A model generated the notes under the pieces. That model did no database searches. It worked only from the letters and a program-made list of their open reading frames with translations, and was not told the DNA's origin. Below, piece after piece: positions 30,856 through 32,000 of a stretch of DNA of 32,000 nt (its first letter is position 1; every line of letters starts with the position of its first letter). The DNA comes from Pseudomonas aeruginosa (GTDB taxonomy: Bacteria; Pseudomonadota; Gammaproteobacteria; Pseudomonadales; Pseudomonadaceae): assembly GCF_001457615.1 (NCBI RefSeq), contig NZ_LN831024.1, positions 5,490,001-5,522,000 of the forward strand. Reading direction: 5' to 3'. Made by a program: the position numbers and the translations under genes.

Positions 30856-32000
30856 TCAGCGCTTGCCGGCCGGCACCTTGGCTGGCAAGCGCATGCGCTG
30901 CAGCAGCGCGGTGCACTGGTTGTCGTCGCTTTTGCTCGGCGCCACCAGCGCCAGCAGGCTGGCCGCCGGGCCCACCGCCACGCCGAGGGCGATCATTCCC
31001 GCGCCGCGCGCCACCAGCGGCCCGGCGTGGACCCCGGCGTCGGGCTTGGCGAAGGTGCCGCGCACGTACAGCGGCGAGCGCAGCGAGAAGATCCGCAGGC
31101 CCTTGCTGTGCGGGGTGACATCGAGGTCGAGCTTCTCGTTGGCGAAGTTCACCGTGCCGTCGACGTTGACCAGCGCGTTCTCGGTGTCGAAGACGAACAG
31201 CCGGCTGGTCATCAGGCCCTTCTGCAGGCCGAAGTCGGCGGCCGCGCAGTTGATCTTCACCTCGTCGTCGCCGAACAGCTTGGTCACCAGGTAGTTTCCG
31301 ACATTGAGGCCGGCGATTTCGGTCAGGCCTTTGCTGATCGCACCGTCGTTGATCAGCATCTTCAGTTCGCCATCGGCGCCACCGAGGATCTTCGCCACCG
31401 AATTGCCGCTGCCGCTGAGACTGGCGTCGCCGTTCAGCTCGCCGAAGCTGGTCTGCATCGGCGCGAAGCCGGGGAACAACTGTTTCAGCTTGAAGCCCCG
31501 CGCGCTCATCTTCACTCGGCTCTGCATCGGCTGCTTGCCGCCGTCGAGGCGAATGTCCGACTCCAGCTTGCCGCCGGCCACGCCGAAGCGCAGGGGCTCC
31601 AGGCGCAGCAGGCCGTCGTTGAGCACCAGATGGGTATAGAGGTCGCTGATCGGCAACTGGTCGCTGTGGACGATACGCTTGCCGGTGAATTCCACGTCGG
31701 CGTCCATGTCGCGCCAGCGCTCGGTACGGAATTCCTCCACCGGCAGCACCTTGTCGCCCGGCTGGCGGCTGGTCTGCCCGCGCTTCTGTTTTTCGGCATT
31801 GCTGTCGGCGCCGATCAGCGGGCCGAGGTCGGCGAAGCGCAGTTGCTCGGAGGTCAGCTTGCCGGACAGCTTCGGCCTAGGCTGGCGAGCGACGAAGGTC
31901 AGGCTGCCGTGCAGGTCGCTGGCGCCGACCTTGCCGTTGAAGTTCTCGTAGCGGAACAGTGCGCCGCCCTCCTCCTTGAGCCGCGCCAGCAGGTGTCCGT
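30856..32000 (-). CDS. AsmA-family outer-membrane biogenesis protein, C-terminal ~381 codons (5' end outside window)
   Basis: I translated the minus-strand frame of ORF 30856..31749 by hand. It stays open with no stop through nt 31998, so the gene continues past the window edge. The AsmA C-terminal pattern is present (LTSEQLRFADLGPLIG..., LNDGLLRLEPLRFGVAGGKL..., FVFDTENALVNVDGTVNFANEKLDLDV). Its stop is 1 nt from the brlR stop. Confidence 0.85.
   Translation of the reverse strand, partial: GHLLARLKEEGGALFRYENFNGKVGASDLHGSLTFVARQPRPKLSGKLTSEQLRFADLGPLIGADSNAEKQKRGQTSRQPGDKVLPVEEFRTERWRDMDADVEFTGKRIVHSDQLPISDLYTHLVLNDGLLRLEPLRFGVAGGKLESDIRLDGGKQPMQSRVKMSARGFKLKQLFPGFAPMQTSFGELNGDASLSGSGNSVAKILGGADGELKMLINDGAISKGLTEIAGLNVGNYLVTKLFGDDEVKINCAAADFGLQKGLMTSRLFVFDTENALVNVDGTVNFANEKLDLDVTPHSKGLRIFSLRSPLYVRGTFAKPDAGVHAGPLVARGAGMIALGVAVGPAASLLALVAPSKSDDNQCTALLQRMRLPAKVPAGKR

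Overview
The window reads as core chromosome of Pseudomonas aeruginosa, in the PAO1-type gene order PA4848 to PA4879. I recognised this from the protein sequences and synteny by memory, not from a database search.

Gene content, left to right:
- 3' end of accC
- an EI24/CysZ-like membrane protein
- prmA
- a zinc-ribbon/DUF3426-type membrane protein
- dusB-fis, joined by an ATGA overlap
- purH and purD
- the orphan hybrid sensor kinase retS
- a MarC-family membrane protein
- a tightly packed ~10 kb nitrogen-scavenging block on the + strand: urtABCDE, GNAT, ureD-ureA, GNAT, ureB-ureC
- a run of small, mostly uncharacterised genes: a TM-anchored 455-aa orphan, a YbiI/TraR-like zinc finger, a 4-TM protein, a PEP-mutase-superfamily oxaloacetate decarboxylase, a YegD-like Hsp70, psiF, a MOSC protein, osmE and a small basic Rho_N-domain protein
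- the MerR-type regulator brlR
- the 3' two-thirds of an AsmA-family gene running off the right edge

Non-coding structure I could see:
- four loci of GTAG/GCAG-headed REP palindromes, including a triple tandem REPIN array after retS and one REP inside the urt operon
- several strong hairpin terminators
- a near-consensus sigma54 -24/-12 element with an NtrC-type palindrome upstream of urtA
- a textbook MerR-type 19-bp-spacer promoter with a perfect dyad upstream of brlR
- an AT-rich island with a Fis-like site upstream of dusB-fis

I saw no tRNA or rRNA genes, no CRISPR array, no integrase or transposase, and no obvious compositional island. My assessment is that this is conserved housekeeping and accessory-metabolism DNA with no convincing new multi-gene system. 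The findings are modest, testable observations: regulatory architecture, domain fusions, orphan proteins and repeat biology. Most long ORFs on the opposite strand or in alternative frames are high-GC shadow ORFs and are rejected.
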